NCBI GenBank assembly: GCA_002245135.1
Contig: NGBS01000292.1
Span: forward strand, 248,001-312,000
Length of the DNA: 64,000 nucleotides
DNA from: Proteromonas lacertae
Taxonomy: Eukaryota
Direction of reading: 5' to 3'
The notes under the pieces were generated by a model that was given only the letters and a program-made list of their open reading frames with translations, made no database searches and had not been told where the DNA came from. Of this stretch, positions 25,661 to 39,443 are shown piece after piece (positions within the stretch are counted from its first letter, which is position 1; every line of letters begins with the position of its first letter). A program made the translations under genes and the position numbers.

Positions 25661-28600
25661 TTACACCAAATTTATTGTTTTAAGAAATGAAAAAGTCTCT
25701 AAAAATGATTCTATTTCTGTTTTTGTAATATCTTCTTTTACTGTTATTAATAATACATCCAACTTACTGAAAATTCCTTTGTTTTCTTTCATTAATCTCA
25801 ATTTACTTTCATCTAATTCATTTCCTGACAAATTTACTTCATATATTGTTCCACTATAATCTTTTAATCTTTCTATTAACATTTTTAATCCCTTTTCACT
25901 CATTCCAATATCTATTTAATAGTATTAAATTCTTATTATACTTGAAAGATTTAACGATGGATAATAATCAATAAAATAATCAATATTACTACATATTATC
26001 TCCATTCCTTCATCTCCAATATTATTGTTATTTATTGAAACATACTTTGCTTTGCTTGAAATACAATCCATCAATTCTCTTAATCCTTTTGAAGTAATTT
26101 TATTGTTAGATAAATCAATAGCCTTATAATAAATCTGATTAATCAATGAAATGTGAGAATCATTGATATTCAAATCTATGGTTATATGAAAATAAATTCT
26201 ATACTGGATAAATCATATTTTCTTTCATTAAAATATCTTCTTTTCTTTTTAATACAATAATCCAAATAATATTCCAACTCTTCATTCGTCCATGACGTAG
26301 ATTTAACTTTTATGAATGGATATTTATCACCAATTAATGATTTTAAACAAATCGATTTTAATCCATTCATAGTTATTGAATTTCCATTTAGATTTACTCT
26401 GTAAAGCACTTCTATTGAATCTGACATTTTTGTTAATAACTCTACACTTTCGTCATCTATCGACGTATTACTCAAATTCATTTCATATGGATAATATTCA
26501 TCCTTTAACATGTTTAGATTGTTTTGTAATAATTTAAATCCAGCATTACCAATTGGATTATCTATATAAATAAATGATTATAACAAATATATATTATACC
26601 GTGAATGACTATTCTTCTAATATTATCATTTTCTTTCACATAATTCATCAAATAATCTATTCCAGATGAATCTATATTATTATCACTTAAATCCAACATT
26701 TCAATCTTTTCTTCAACATTCTTTAAACCGTTTAACAAATGTCTCAATCCAATTGACGATAATCCCATATCTATTCATCATTACACAATAACAATTATAC
26801 TTGTACAGTTTATTTTATTATCATAATCTTCATAATCATTATATTCTAATAACAAACGGCAATATGGAAGTAATATTTTCATTCCTAAATCTCCAATTTT
26901 ATTTCCATTTAATTGAAGCTCTTTTAAACATTGAAATGAAGAGAGATTGTTAATCAGTATTTCTATACTTTTGTATGTAAGTTTATTATCTAGACAATAA
27001 AAAAGAATATCATATTATACTACTCAAATCTATTTTTTTTATCTCTCTTAATTCGTTTAATCTTAATGAAATGAATGATTTGAAAATATCATCATTAATT
27101 TCTAAATCATTCAGATATAAACTATTTATAGTTTTAATAAATTTGATTAACTCTGGAATGTCTTTATCAATCAGTAATTCTTTACTTCCTTTAAAATTAA
27201 AATCAACTTCTGTAATTGGAAATTTAGAGAATAATGATTTTAATCCTTTTGAACTGATATTTAAGTTTTCTGTAATATCTATTTTCTGAAGATTTGGATA
27301 CTTATATAACTCTTCTGCTAATAGTATCATCGATTCATCATTTAAGTTCATATCATAAAGATCTAATTCATTATTTTTGTTAATTAATAAATGCAAATAT
27401 GGAAGTAACAATTTGAATCCTTTAATACCAATTCGATTAGCTATTTCAAAATAATTCATATTCTATGATAAATATACTAGAAAGATTTATATATTCTAAT
27501 TTCATTACTGGAATTGATTTAATAAATGATTCAATGAAATCAAACGTAAGATAACACGAGTTTAAATACAATTGTTGTAAATTTGATAATTGACTAAAAA
27601 ACATTCCGAATAATGGTTGATGTTGGATTGGAATGTTACAATCATCTAATAGAATAGAAATTATCAGAATTATACTGAATTTAAGTTTTGTAAGATTCAT
27701 TAATTTCAATACTTTGAACAAGTAATTCATTCCATCTTCACATAAACATATGCATTTTGAATCAACTGTGAGGATTTCATTATAAACATAAATATGAAAT
27801 ATTAATTCATCTAATAAACATTCTTTTTCATTATTTTTACACTTATGTTCTATTCCATATTTCAGTTTGTCTATAATAACATAATCTTCTTTGTATATTT
27901 TCATCAACAATAATATCGACACTATTATTTCATTTGGTTTGTTAATGTAAAAATCTATCAAATCATCACGAATATTTTCTCTTTTTTCACTCTTAAGATA
28001 GTATTCTGCTTTTACATTAAATGATGATATTTCTATTAAATAATCATTATTAAATAACACATCTTTTCTTTCTTTACACAACATTAAATTATTCTCATTA
28101 TCTCTCCATATTTCACCCATTTTTATCATTTCTTTTTTCAGCTCTTTTAAACTCCATCTATCTTCAATTTTCACTTTCAACATTCTGAATATCATTTCTT
28201 TTATTATTTCATCACATTCTGCATCAATACTGTATTTACATCTCACAATATTCTCTTTTGTTTTATCCATATTATTATCTTCATTAAATGGTAATCTTCT
28301 TACTAATCATTTCATATAATATACATCCAATTGACCAAATTACACTTTTATCATCACATTCATATCCGTTCAACTCTTCTGGACTTTTGAAGCAGATATC
28401 ATATAATCTCATTTCATCTTCATTTCTCAAACTATCGATAAATAAATCACATAACTTTATATTATCACCATCTTCCTCATATATTATGTTACTACTCTTC
28501 AAATTACTAACAACTATATTATATTCACTTAATATCATCAATATATCACATAAACCACATAATACATCACATATATCACTTTTACACGATAATGAGTTAA

Positions 28601-28946
28601 TTTGAAGTAGCTCTTCTAAATCTCTCACATAATATTCTCTTTCTATCAACATATATTTATATACATCATCCATTGATATTTCACATCGTATAACACAACA
28701 AAAACGAAAATCACTTAAAGAACTACATAGATCTTCTATACATCTTAGCATTTTTCACTTACATTATCTACATCTATTATCTTTATCAATCTTTTACATT
28801 TTTTTTGTAATAAACTCACCTCACTTACACTCTCTTTCAATACTTCATATTCCTATATTGATATTATTATTATATTATCATACATTACTATCAATATCAT
28901 ATCTTCTTTTCAAATACTCAGTTACTCCCTCAATTTTGAAATACAT
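25661..28946 (-). CDS. N-terminal pseudokinase + RNI-like LRR protein (frameshifts near 28752 and 28298; possibly pseudogene)
   Basis: VVSNLKSSNII, IKLCDL, FKSPEE, VIWSIGCILYEM, then many LxLSxNxI repeats. Confidence 0.7.
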
Positions 28947-29066
28947 TCTTTGAATAGAAATACAGTGTATAAGATGTATTATTTGTATTTAATTTTCGAT
29001 ATTATTTAGTCATTATTTAACAACATAAACATTTATATCTTCAAATATAACGAATTATTGATTCAT

Positions 29067-31358
29067 TTAAAACTTAATTATTAAAGGAATAATCTGAAGT
29101 GAAACTAATAAATTGAATGCCAAATAAACTCCATAAAACAAGAACAACACAATGGAATACCACTTCTTCAATTCAAACTTACAAATCAAACAAGCAACCA
29201 TAGTTACACATAATGAACCAAACAAGAAGAAGAATGAAATGTAAGTTACAGTTATACCAACATCTCCCATTCCTGCTATCATATTAGCTTTTCCTTCTTT
29301 AATAGTTTCTATTGTCAAACCAGTGCCTAAACCAAATAACATATTGAATAATGGACCTGCATATGTACCAGCAATTGCCATAGTAGGAAAACCTTGTCTT
29401 GCAACTGCAATATCTGATATTAAATCACCTAAACTATTACCCCAACTCAATACAGTCATTCCTAATATAGCTTGACGAATGGAGAGAATATGACCAATTG
29501 TAACTAATACATTTACTACCTCATTAGCGATTATATAGATCCATAATACATTACATACAAAACTGATTAAAAGGATTGGTAAAAGTAAGAGTTTATTATT
29601 TGGAGCTTCTTCATCTTTACAGAAATAGGTTAATAATCCACTGATTAATAAACCAGCACCTAAGTAGATTGGTATTCCCCATAATGGTAATGGTACTATA
29701 TATTTACAATAATAAATAAATGAATATATATATACATCCTCCAAAATAAGCTAAGAAAATAGGGAATAAGAATAAACTAATCATATTTTGATATCTACAA
29801 TATAATTCATCATCTACTGTTGGTATTGTGAATTGACGAAGTAATGTTAATGGCAATTCAATAGCTCTGATTACTATCATCCATCCGCTTTGTTTTATAT
29901 CAGCTATATCATCAATGAACACATTCTTTAATGTTCTAACTGAATTATCTTCTACACCTTCATTTGGTGATTGAGGTGGGATTTCTAACGAATCTGGTAA
30001 TAAACTCTTTTCTACATCTTCTTCTTTAACATCCGACATAGCTTTCTCTGTGAAAATATGTTTCCATTTTAAAGAATTTCTTTCTTTATTTTTTTCTATT
30101 GATTGTGTTTTGGGTAAAGCAGTTGTTAAAATTCTTCTTCTATCTATTTTTGAACCTGTTTTTAACTCAGCTTTCTATATATAAATCAATATAAATAAAT
30201 AAATATATATACATAACTATAATTCTCAGATAAAGATCTATTCTGTCTTATAGCCATTTTTGTTCTTACAATTGTACTGAGGATTTCACCATCATTAATA
30301 TCTTTCTTATTGGATAAGATTCTTTCTATTTCTTTACATTCATTTTCTAAATTCTCTTCTTCTTTTACTTCATTTCCTGTAGCAGCAGCAGTAGTTGTAG
30401 TAGTAGTTGTTGTTGTTACTTCACCATTAGTATCAGCTGTAGTTGATTTATTTCCATTTTCTATTTCATTTTCTAACAAACCATCTTTCTTTTCATCTTT
30501 ATCTTTTCTATATCCACTGATTATTGCAACTATCACAAATGTTAAATATATTGCAAGAAACAAAACAGCTTCCCATACAGCAACATCCTTATCATAAAAT
30601 ACAAAGAACAAATAACCAATTGCAACTAAATAAAATCCAGTATCTCTATAAAAAGACTTAGGATTTACTACAACTTTTGATACTAAAACTACACCACCTA
30701 CTACGACTGTTGTTACGAAAATTCCTGCACCCAAAATTGCACCAACTCCCAATTCATATTGACCATGAAAGAATGAAACGACTAATGAGAAAACATCTGG
30801 AGCACCATTACCAAAGGAGAGAAATGTAACTCCTGCTGTTGCTGGTGGGATTTTTAACTTCACTACGATTGACTCTAAATTACTACAAAAGTAATCATCA
30901 GCTGTATCTCCAAGAATGTAAAGTAAAAAGAAGGTTAGCAGGACATAAATGATAAACATTAGTGGTTTAACTTTACTCATCGCTGAACAGTAATAAATAT
31001 CCCTATTACTTTATAAAAACACAGAAAAACATACATGTAATTAAACAAGTTGGCATTATCTTCGCAATCTTCTTCCTCACATTCAAATCTTTCCTATAAT
31101 ACATAAATTAATGACTACAATGGTATATCTATATACTTGAATATCTTCAGCACAGGTAGTACTGTTACCGTCTGTGTCATTTCCTTCTAACATTCTTCCG
31201 TTGAAGTTGCCATTATTGAAATCATTAACCATGTTCATTAGTGCTATGACTCAGCAATGATTCTATATACCTGCGCATAATAATACTCCAAATAACATGC
31301 ACGCGCCAAAAGCACATCGAAACTCTCTTTTCTTTTGGCTTTTAAGTCTATTATTCAT
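29067..31358 (-). CDS. cation/Ca2+ exchanger (CCX/NCLX family)
   Basis: alpha-1 AGVTFLSFGNGAPDVFS and alpha-2 LGMTVLSWGNSLGDLISD repeats. Confidence 0.9.
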
Positions 31359-31488
31359 CTTAAAAAGATCTTTAAACTAAAATGACACACAAACTTCCGT
31401 TCGTAAAAATATGTGGTATTATAGTAATATATTATCATTTTTAATTGCACAACAAATTCCAATATGACAACAATTAATTAATTAATAT

Positions 31489-32340
31489 CTAACATTTTCT
31501 TTGAGTAATAGCAGATCCTTCAAGGCCAGCATCCTTAATTGTAAGATTTAACTCATCTAAAGCTTTGGGTGGATAACCTCCTAACAAAATAAATTGTTCA
31601 CCTGGTGTTTGAGTTAATACAAACTCTTGAATATCTTTAATTGTGTGTGTTAAATTAAATGCTTGAGTTACTCTCTTGCCATTCACTAATCTGAACTGTA
31701 ATGTTGTCTTTGGTTGAGAATCATCAACAACTAACTTCCAACCAGCTTCTGTTACTACAGGAGTAACTGGGGTATGTTGAGTAGAACTATTAACTATAAA
31801 TACTTAATAATACCCTAATGATTGACCTTTACCTGAAAATTTGTCAAATGCCTCAACATATTCTTCAGAACGTTTATCGTTTAAGGCTACTGAATATCTA
31901 ATACCATTTTTTCTTGATTCTTCTTCCCATTCTTGGGGATATTCTTCTTTAGACAATGATTCAATGAATTGCCTATTCTTAGGATCATCCATTTTTCTTA
32001 AAGGCCCATCATTTACACGAAATCCGTTTGAATATAATGTTATTGTTTTGGTGATATTTGGAACATCATCACCCATACTACCAGCTCTATCAGCTCCGCC
32101 TCCACTATTCCTATTACAAATACAAATAAAATTCTTACATTTGAGCCCTTCTAATCATATTATCGAATGAACCATCATCATTACCTAAAACACTTATGCC
32201 ACTAGAAATATAGAAGAAAAACAATAATACCTTCCACCATGAGGTCCAGCTCCACCTGTATAATATTCATTTCTTTTCTTATCATCATCTGCATCATCAT
32301 CACCCTTTTTGAAACTAAAAAGATCCACTATATGACTCAT
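31489..32340 (-). CDS. NSFL1C: p47/Shp1-like SEP-SHP-UBX Cdc48 adaptor
   Basis: EYYTGG, ITLYSNGFRVNDGPLR (SEP), FSGKGQSLG (SHP), FNLTHTI...GYPPK (UBX). Confidence 0.85.
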
Positions 32341-32488
32341 TATAAAAGAAGAAAAAATGTGAAGAATCAAACCTGTTTGATTAATCGATTTTGAATAAAA
32401 TACGTAAACAACAACCAATTCAATGGCATTGTTGTTTAAAAGCATCAGATAATAGTCAATCAACAATAAATATCACAAAAGATAAGAA

Positions 32489-34485
32489 TTAATGTATTAA
32501 TTTAATACAAGTTTCAGTTTCAATATAATCTTTGATTTTTCTTTGCCAATTTCTATCATATCCACTGATTATCTTCATCAATTTCTTCAATCCATAAATT
32601 TTGATAAACTCACTCATCTTATTCAATCTTATTTTATCCATATTAGTAATAATAGAATCATATAACTCGTAAGAACCTTCAGATGGGAAACGCAATAACC
32701 AACAGAAAGAAAATACCAATTTCACTACTTCTACAAATATTGTATAATCTTCTTCACTGTTATAGTTACTTTCTATTTTTGAATAATCTTCATCTTCGTC
32801 ATCATTATACTCTTCAACATCTTCATCATCTTCATTGTTATTATTCTCTGCGTAATTATCACTTTTATGTATCAAATCATTTAACAATAAATCGAATAAA
32901 TAATCTGATGGAGAAAACAACCATATCGCAAAAGTGTAATAGATAATGTAATTACTTAAATGTGGAAGTATTAATCTTTAAAAATATAAATAAATTCAAA
33001 TTATATACTTTAATATAGTGAATTTCATATAATCATCCACACTTAAAAATGAAGGTAATGGTATAAAAATTGCACTCCATAATTCTAACTTTATAAAAAC
33101 AGTAAAATCTCTGATTGCTCTGTAATATTCACTATTGTATAATAAATAAATAAAATATACATATCATCTTCATATTGAAGTGGATTAATATACATAGAAA
33201 GAAAACTTGATAATTTAAAGATACTTTCTCCATTATTATATTTAAAAGTAATTTCTGGTAATTCATATTCTGGATTATCTCTTTTCTTATAATTCTATAG
33301 AAAACATATTTATAAAAAACAAATATGTATAATACAAATATTAATTCACTTAGTAATAAATACTTGGATATTAACATACTCACAACATTACCTTTGTTAT
33401 TATAATCATAATTTAAAGGTAAAAATATAACATGATCTCTAAACAAATATAACATATTATCACTATAAACAGGAGGATTAAATAATTCATTCAAATAATG
33501 ATGAGAAATCCTCTTTTTGTAACATAATTCTGTTGTAAAATATAATATTTCTAACTCATCCAAATATTTATTTATCTTATCAATGAAATTCTTTTTGAAA
33601 TATTTCCTAATAAATCTTTCTCCCCATGTTCCTTTCATATGTAAATAATATCTAATCACTTTCATATATTGATTCAATTCTAAGAAAGAAATAGAAAAAA
33701 AAAATAACAATACTTGGTTTTGTTCTATCATATCCTGTATTTTCTATGATTCTATTAAAAATATTCTTAGGTAAAGGATATTCTTTTCTTCTTATCAATA
33801 ATGCTAAGATATGAACTAAATCGTTTGGTATAGTGAAATGGGGTGATATTTCTCTGAATGAAATATACTGCAATTTTATGTATAACAGTTTTGTCTTTTT
33901 ATTAACATTGATAAACTTATTCAGCTTGATTACACCTTTTAATATTGGATATAATGCATAAGATAAATCATTTGTTATTATATAAGCGTCATTCTCTAAT
34001 GACAAATCTCTTAATAGACTAGAAAAGAGATAAAATGAGAGAAATATAATACTTCTTATTTCCTTCCATAATAACCTCATAATGAGACAATCCGAATGTA
34101 TTAACAAAGTTCATTTTGAAATAAGAGTCGTACATTGACATTGAACCTATTTAAGAGTTGATTTATAGAAAAAAAAAATGAATACAATGTCCTTGCGAAT
34201 TAATTTCTAGAGGAAAATCATTCATAAATGCATATAGATATGGAACAATTTTCAACTCTGTGAATTCTGTGAAAATGAACTGGATGTATTTCTTGTATAA
34301 TTCGAAATTGAAATTTGACTTCTGCACCAAAAATCCTAAAAATTCAGATCCGTTAATAATAACTCTATAAAAAGATACTATTAATCAACTTACCTTATTT
34401 CTTCATCATGTGGTAATGATCTGTACAAATCTAAGTGTTTTGATTTATCAACAACAAATTCTGATATTTCATCTACTTTACTCAT
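32489..34485 (-). CDS. multi-exon hypothetical protein
   Basis: ATG at 34485; consecutive ORFs joined by short GT-AG introns; no recognised motif. Confidence 0.55.
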
Positions 34486-34737
34486 AAAACCAACAATTTC
34501 AATAAAACTAGCTGTTATGTTTTAGTATTTTTGAAAATAAAGCCGTTTTCTTTTTAACATAAATCATGAATAAACCTTATTTTCTAATGAAATTATTGCC
34601 TATATATTAGAATAAGACACTAATTTGATTTTATAATACAAGAATTAGAAAAGATCCACTGTAAATTTTGAACTGAAATCTTTTTTCACAGAAAACCGCC
34701 AAACCGAACAACTCATTTTTTAATTCTTGATTAAAAA

Positions 34738-36267
34738 ATGAGTAATCCGGCAGCGATTGGTATCGATCTGGGTACTACATTCTCGAGTGTAGGTACCTTT
34801 AAAGCCAATAAGATCGAAATTATCGCTTTCCCTTCAGGTGAGAGAGTATTGCCTTCCCACGTGTATTTTGATCCTAAAGGTAAAGAAATAATCGTTGGTG
34901 AAGCTGCAAAATTCTCAGTGAAGAGTGTTGGACACACTATTTATGATTCTAAGAGATTTATTGGAGCGAAGTTTACTGATAAGTGTGTTCAAGATGATAT
35001 TAAGCATTGGCCATTTAAAGTAGTTGATGACAATGGTTATCCCAAAGTAGAAATGGAATATGATAATCAAGTCAGACGTTATTCACCAGAAGATATATCA
35101 ACCATTATATTAAAAGAAATTAAAAAAACAGCTGATGTGTTCATGGGAAAACCGTTAGATACACCAACCAAAGCAGTAATTACAGTTCCAGCCTATTTCA
35201 ATAACTCTCAAAGAGAATGTACCAAAAGAGCAGCAGAAAGTGCCAATTTACAAGTAGTCTCCATAATCAACGAACCAACAGCAGCAGCTATCGCATATGC
35301 TCATCAAAGAATCCAATCAGGCAATCAAGGTAACAAGCCAAGAAGAATATTGATATATGACTATGGTGGTGGTACTTTTGATGTATCTATCATCGAATTA
35401 AACGAGAAAACAAGACAAGTGAAAGTATTATGCAGTGATGGAGATGCACACTTAGGTGGTGAAGATATAGATAATCTATTAGTCACTCATTATGTTAATG
35501 AGTATAGAAATGAATCAGGATCTACTAAACCAATCGCTTTACCAAGAATGATCGCATTGAGAAAAGTATGTGAAAAATCAAAGTGTTTATTAAGTTCAAC
35601 TCCTGAGGTATTTGTAGATAGTGAATTCTTAGATGATGCTGGTGTAGATTGTAATTTAACAAGAGCAGCATTTGATGATATAATGAATAGCTTATTCAAT
35701 AAAACAATAGAAATAGTGAGAGCTGTATTGACAAAGAACAATATAGCAGTTACTACAATCGATGATATTGTTTGTGTTGGTGGAAGTTCAAGAATACCAA
35801 AAGTTCAGGAATTACTAAAGCAAACCTTCCCTAAGACGAATATATGTCAAGATATCAATGCTAATGAGGTTGTAGCATATGGTGCAACTATTGCAGCTAA
35901 TATCAGTGGATTTGATTTCAAAATTGTTGATGTTGTGTCTCACAGTCTATCTACAGATGTTGAAGGTGATAAAGTATATGTTATGATTCCTAAAAATACA
36001 CCTTTACCTTGCTCACATACAGAGAAGTTTGGTAATGCCTATGAAAATCAAACTCATATTGATGTGAAGGTGTTTGAAGGAGAAGGTGCTACTACTACAA
36101 CTAACCAATTATTAGCTGATTTCTCCATTGATGATATTACACCAAGTCCACCTAGAAGTGTTATTGTTAGAGTTACATTTTCTGTTGATACCAATGGTAT
36201 ATTGACTGTTACTGGTGAAGAAGAGAAGAGTGGAAGAGTTAAGAAGTTAGTGGTCAACTTAAAGTAG
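34738..36267 (+). CDS. divergent Hsp70-family protein lacking the helical lid and EEVD
   Basis: [36 protein letters not shown]; ends right after SBD-beta. Confidence 0.9.
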   Translation: MSNPAAIGIDLGTTFSSVGTFKANKIEIIAFPSGERVLPSHVYFDPKGKEIIVGEAAKFSVKSVGHTIYDSKRFIGAKFTDKCVQDDIKHWPFKVVDDNGYPKVEMEYDNQVRRYSPEDISTIILKEIKKTADVFMGKPLDTPTKAVITVPAYFNNSQRECTKRAAESANLQVVSIINEPTAAAIAYAHQRIQSGNQGNKPRRILIYDYGGGTFDVSIIELNEKTRQVKVLCSDGDAHLGGEDIDNLLVTHYVNEYRNESGSTKPIALPRMIALRKVCEKSKCLLSSTPEVFVDSEFLDDAGVDCNLTRAAFDDIMNSLFNKTIEIVRAVLTKNNIAVTTIDDIVCVGGSSRIPKVQELLKQTFPKTNICQDINANEVVAYGATIAANISGFDFKIVDVVSHSLSTDVEGDKVYVMIPKNTPLPCSHTEKFGNAYENQTHIDVKVFEGEGATTTTNQLLADFSIDDITPSPPRSVIVRVTFSVDTNGILTVTGEEEKSGRVKKLVVNLK

Positions 36268-36381
36268 TTATTAATAATTAAATTCAATGTTTTTATTTTA
36301 TTAATGTTTGATAGTCATTTTTAAATATTAACAATATTTGCATGTTTTTTTTGTTTCGAAATTAAGGATTAGAATAATTAA

Positions 36382-36414
36382 GTTTCTACGTAGAAACCGT
36401 AGAAACTTAGAAAC
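36382..36414. promoter_or_regulatory. palindromic element GTTTCTACGTAGAAAC plus two extra TAGAAAC half-sites
   Basis: Perfect 16-bp palindrome 36382-36397, ~50 bp upstream of the ATG at 36446; near-copy at 37923-37937. Confidence 0.55.
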
Positions 36415-36445
36415 TATTTTTTAATCATTTTCAATTTTTCAAGCG

Positions 36446-37758
36446 ATGAGCAGCGCACACATAGAATTAGACATTAAATATGAAGCTCCCAGAGGCACTA
36501 GAGTCCAGGTATGCCATCAACTTCTTTATATGGTTAGGCTTATCTGAATTTACTGAAGGCTTGTTTAGGTGCAGGTATTTTTGGGTTGCCAATAGCTATG
36601 CATGATGTATATTAGTGTAAATTTATATTTTTTTAGTCTGGCATAGTCGAATCGGTAATTTTGATGATTGTAATTGCTATATGGGTGAGCTATTCATTAT
36701 CAAAACTGATTACAATAGAACGAACTGCAATCGTTGAAAGGCACACAGGCTTCAAAACAACCAACCTTCTCTCAGAAATCTGTTATCAAGCATTTGGTAA
36801 ATGGGGATCATATGTATTAGAAGCAACCGTCTCTCTCACAATGTTAGGAGTAGGTGTGGTATATATAACCACTTCAGCCGATTTAATTTCGCATTTACCT
36901 TGGGACAAAGCAGGATCAGATTTCCTATACAAAAATAAAGCCATGTTCGTACTATTTATTGGAATATTATTAATACCTTTAGTTTTATTACGTGACTGTG
37001 CTTCATTATCATTTGCGAGTATGCTAGGCAATGTAGCTATCATTGGTAGTTTATTGATTGTGTTTATCTATGGATTAGTGAATAATGATTTATCTCATAT
37101 GCACGATATACCCTATGTGAAAACATCATCAGCTGCATTATCTAATCTATTTGGTACTTTGATATTCTCATATGGAATAATATTTAATTTAATGCCAGTA
37201 CTACAAGATATGAAAGATAAAAAGCAATTTCCAATAGCCATGAATGGATCATTAGGAACTGCAGCTATATTATACATTATAGTGACAATATCACTGTGTG
37301 TCATCTATAATAATGTTCCTTCAGGAATAGCTGGTAATATCATACAGAATTTAGATAGTAATAATCCATGTTACTATGTATCAACAGTATTAGTGTCAAT
37401 GATGTGCATTTTTTCATTCCCATTAGCTGTATGTCCAGCAGTACAGATATTAGAACCAAAACCAAAGGATGATGATTGTGGATTCTTCACAAAAACACCT
37501 GGTAGAATTATATTGAGATTAATTGTGTTAATTATTGATTGTGGTTTAGGTGCTTTGATTCCTAGTTTTAATATAGCCGTTACATTGATTGGTGATGTTA
37601 CATTAACATTTGGTACATTTATATTGCCTCCTATTCTATATTTGAAGTTGAAAGGACATGATATGACTAAATTCCAAATTGGAGTTGAAATATTTTTCGT
37701 GTTATTGGGTGTTGCAACTATGGTGTTTGCAACAGTCAATTCTATTTTGTCGTTATAA
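36446..37758 (+). CDS. amino acid/auxin permease (AAAP, SLC36/38-like) paralog 1
   Basis: NLLKACLGAGIFGLP, EICYQAFGKWG, FSFPL, FILPPILYLKL; ~11 TM. Confidence 0.88.
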
Positions 37759-37941
37759 TCTTCTTAATCTTAACGTAAATTTATTCTTTTAAGATTAATA
37801 ATTAATTCATTTGATTTTAAGTGTGTATTTAAAAATTCTATAACTACTTTATACTATGTTAATATGAAACAAATAAAAAAATAAAAAATAGGCTTGACTA
37901 AATCAAGCTTTAGTTTTCCACGGTTTCTACGTAAAACACAA

Positions 37942-39406
37942 ATGAGTAAAGAGCTTATTCTTCTTGAAGATGACATTAAAAAATCAACAAATTCTCAAGT
38001 ACATGCTTTCTTCTAACAATTCATAGGCTGCAATTAATTTAATGAAAACATGCTTGGGATCTGGTCTTTTAGCTTTGCCGATTTTGTTCCAAGAGGTATG
38101 CAATGAATATATATTTCCTTTGTAGTCTGGTATTGTTGAAAGTGTACTTATATCATCCATAATTGGTTTTTGGGTGTATAATTGTGCAACTAAATTAGTT
38201 AAAATACAATACTTACTTGTTGATCGATTTGATGATTATAAAACACATTCAATGTACTCAGAAATTTGTTATCAAGTATATCCACATTTTATTATTATAT
38301 TACAGGCATACGGTAAAGTAGGAGAGAAAATGTTTGACTTGATGACAAGTGTAACTTTAATTGGTATAGGTTTAGTTTACACTGTATAAATTAAAACAAT
38401 TAATTTAATCCAAATAGTTAACATCCAGTGAAATGTTATCTGCATTGCCATGGGATAAAATGCATTTAGATTTCATGACTAATCAGAATTATTGTATTAT
38501 TTTAGTGACATTACTACTAATTCCAGTCATATTGTTAAGAGATATGACTTCATTATCGTTTTCAAGCTTATTAGGAAATATTGCAATAATTAGCAGTATT
38601 GTTTTGGTGTTAATGTATAATTTTTTAAAATTAATATAATCATAAATAGATATGGATTAATCTATAATGATATGAATAACCTATTAGTTAATGTAAAATG
38701 GGTAGATAGTTCATTGAAAGGAATATCCAATTTATACGGGACATTGTTATATTCATTCGGAGTAATCTTCGTTGCACTACCAACAGTAGATGAGATGCAA
38801 ACTCCTGACGATTTCAGTAGAATATTATCCATTACCACCACATCTTCAGCTTTATTTTATGCAATATGTAACTCATTCCTCTATATATTGTTCCATAATG
38901 CTACTGGTGGCGTGAAAGGAAATATATTAGAGAATATGCATCCAGAATCTGTTTTTTATTATGTTGCTACAGTGTTAGTCTCATTGATGTGTGTATTTTC
39001 ATATCCTGTCACTGTTATGCCAGCTTTGCAATTATGTGAGCCAAAAAGTGATGAAAATGATCGTGGATTATTCACTCATAATTATAAGAAGATTCTATTT
39101 AGGATATCGATTGTTATTATTGCTTCAATAACTGCATTTTTCTTTCCTAGTTTTAATATCGTAGTTTCATTATATATCTTTTTGAAAACATTCTATTATT
39201 CAATATTATTTCTTTAATTTAATATTTTACTAGGTAATTTAACAATAACTCTTATTACATTTGTATTTCCTCCATTATTATATATTAAACTAAAAGGAGA
39301 AGATACTACAACCTCAGAGAAATATCATAATATAATTTTATCAATATTTGGACTTGCAAGTATGGTTTTTACAACAGTTACAGCAATAGTAACATTAAAA
39401 CATTAA
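37942..39406 (+). CDS. AAAP amino acid permease paralog 2
   Basis: NLMKTCLGSGLLALP; tandem with paralog 1; last exon joined through an AT-AC intron. Confidence 0.85.
39174..39230 (+). other. U12-type AT-AC intron
   Basis: ATATCTTT donor, TTCTTTAAT branch, TTTTAC end; splicing gives VVSLLGNLT, matching the paralogs' VSLIGNVT. Confidence 0.85.
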
Positions 39407-39443
39407 ATATAGAATATATTATTATTATTAATTGAATTTTTCT

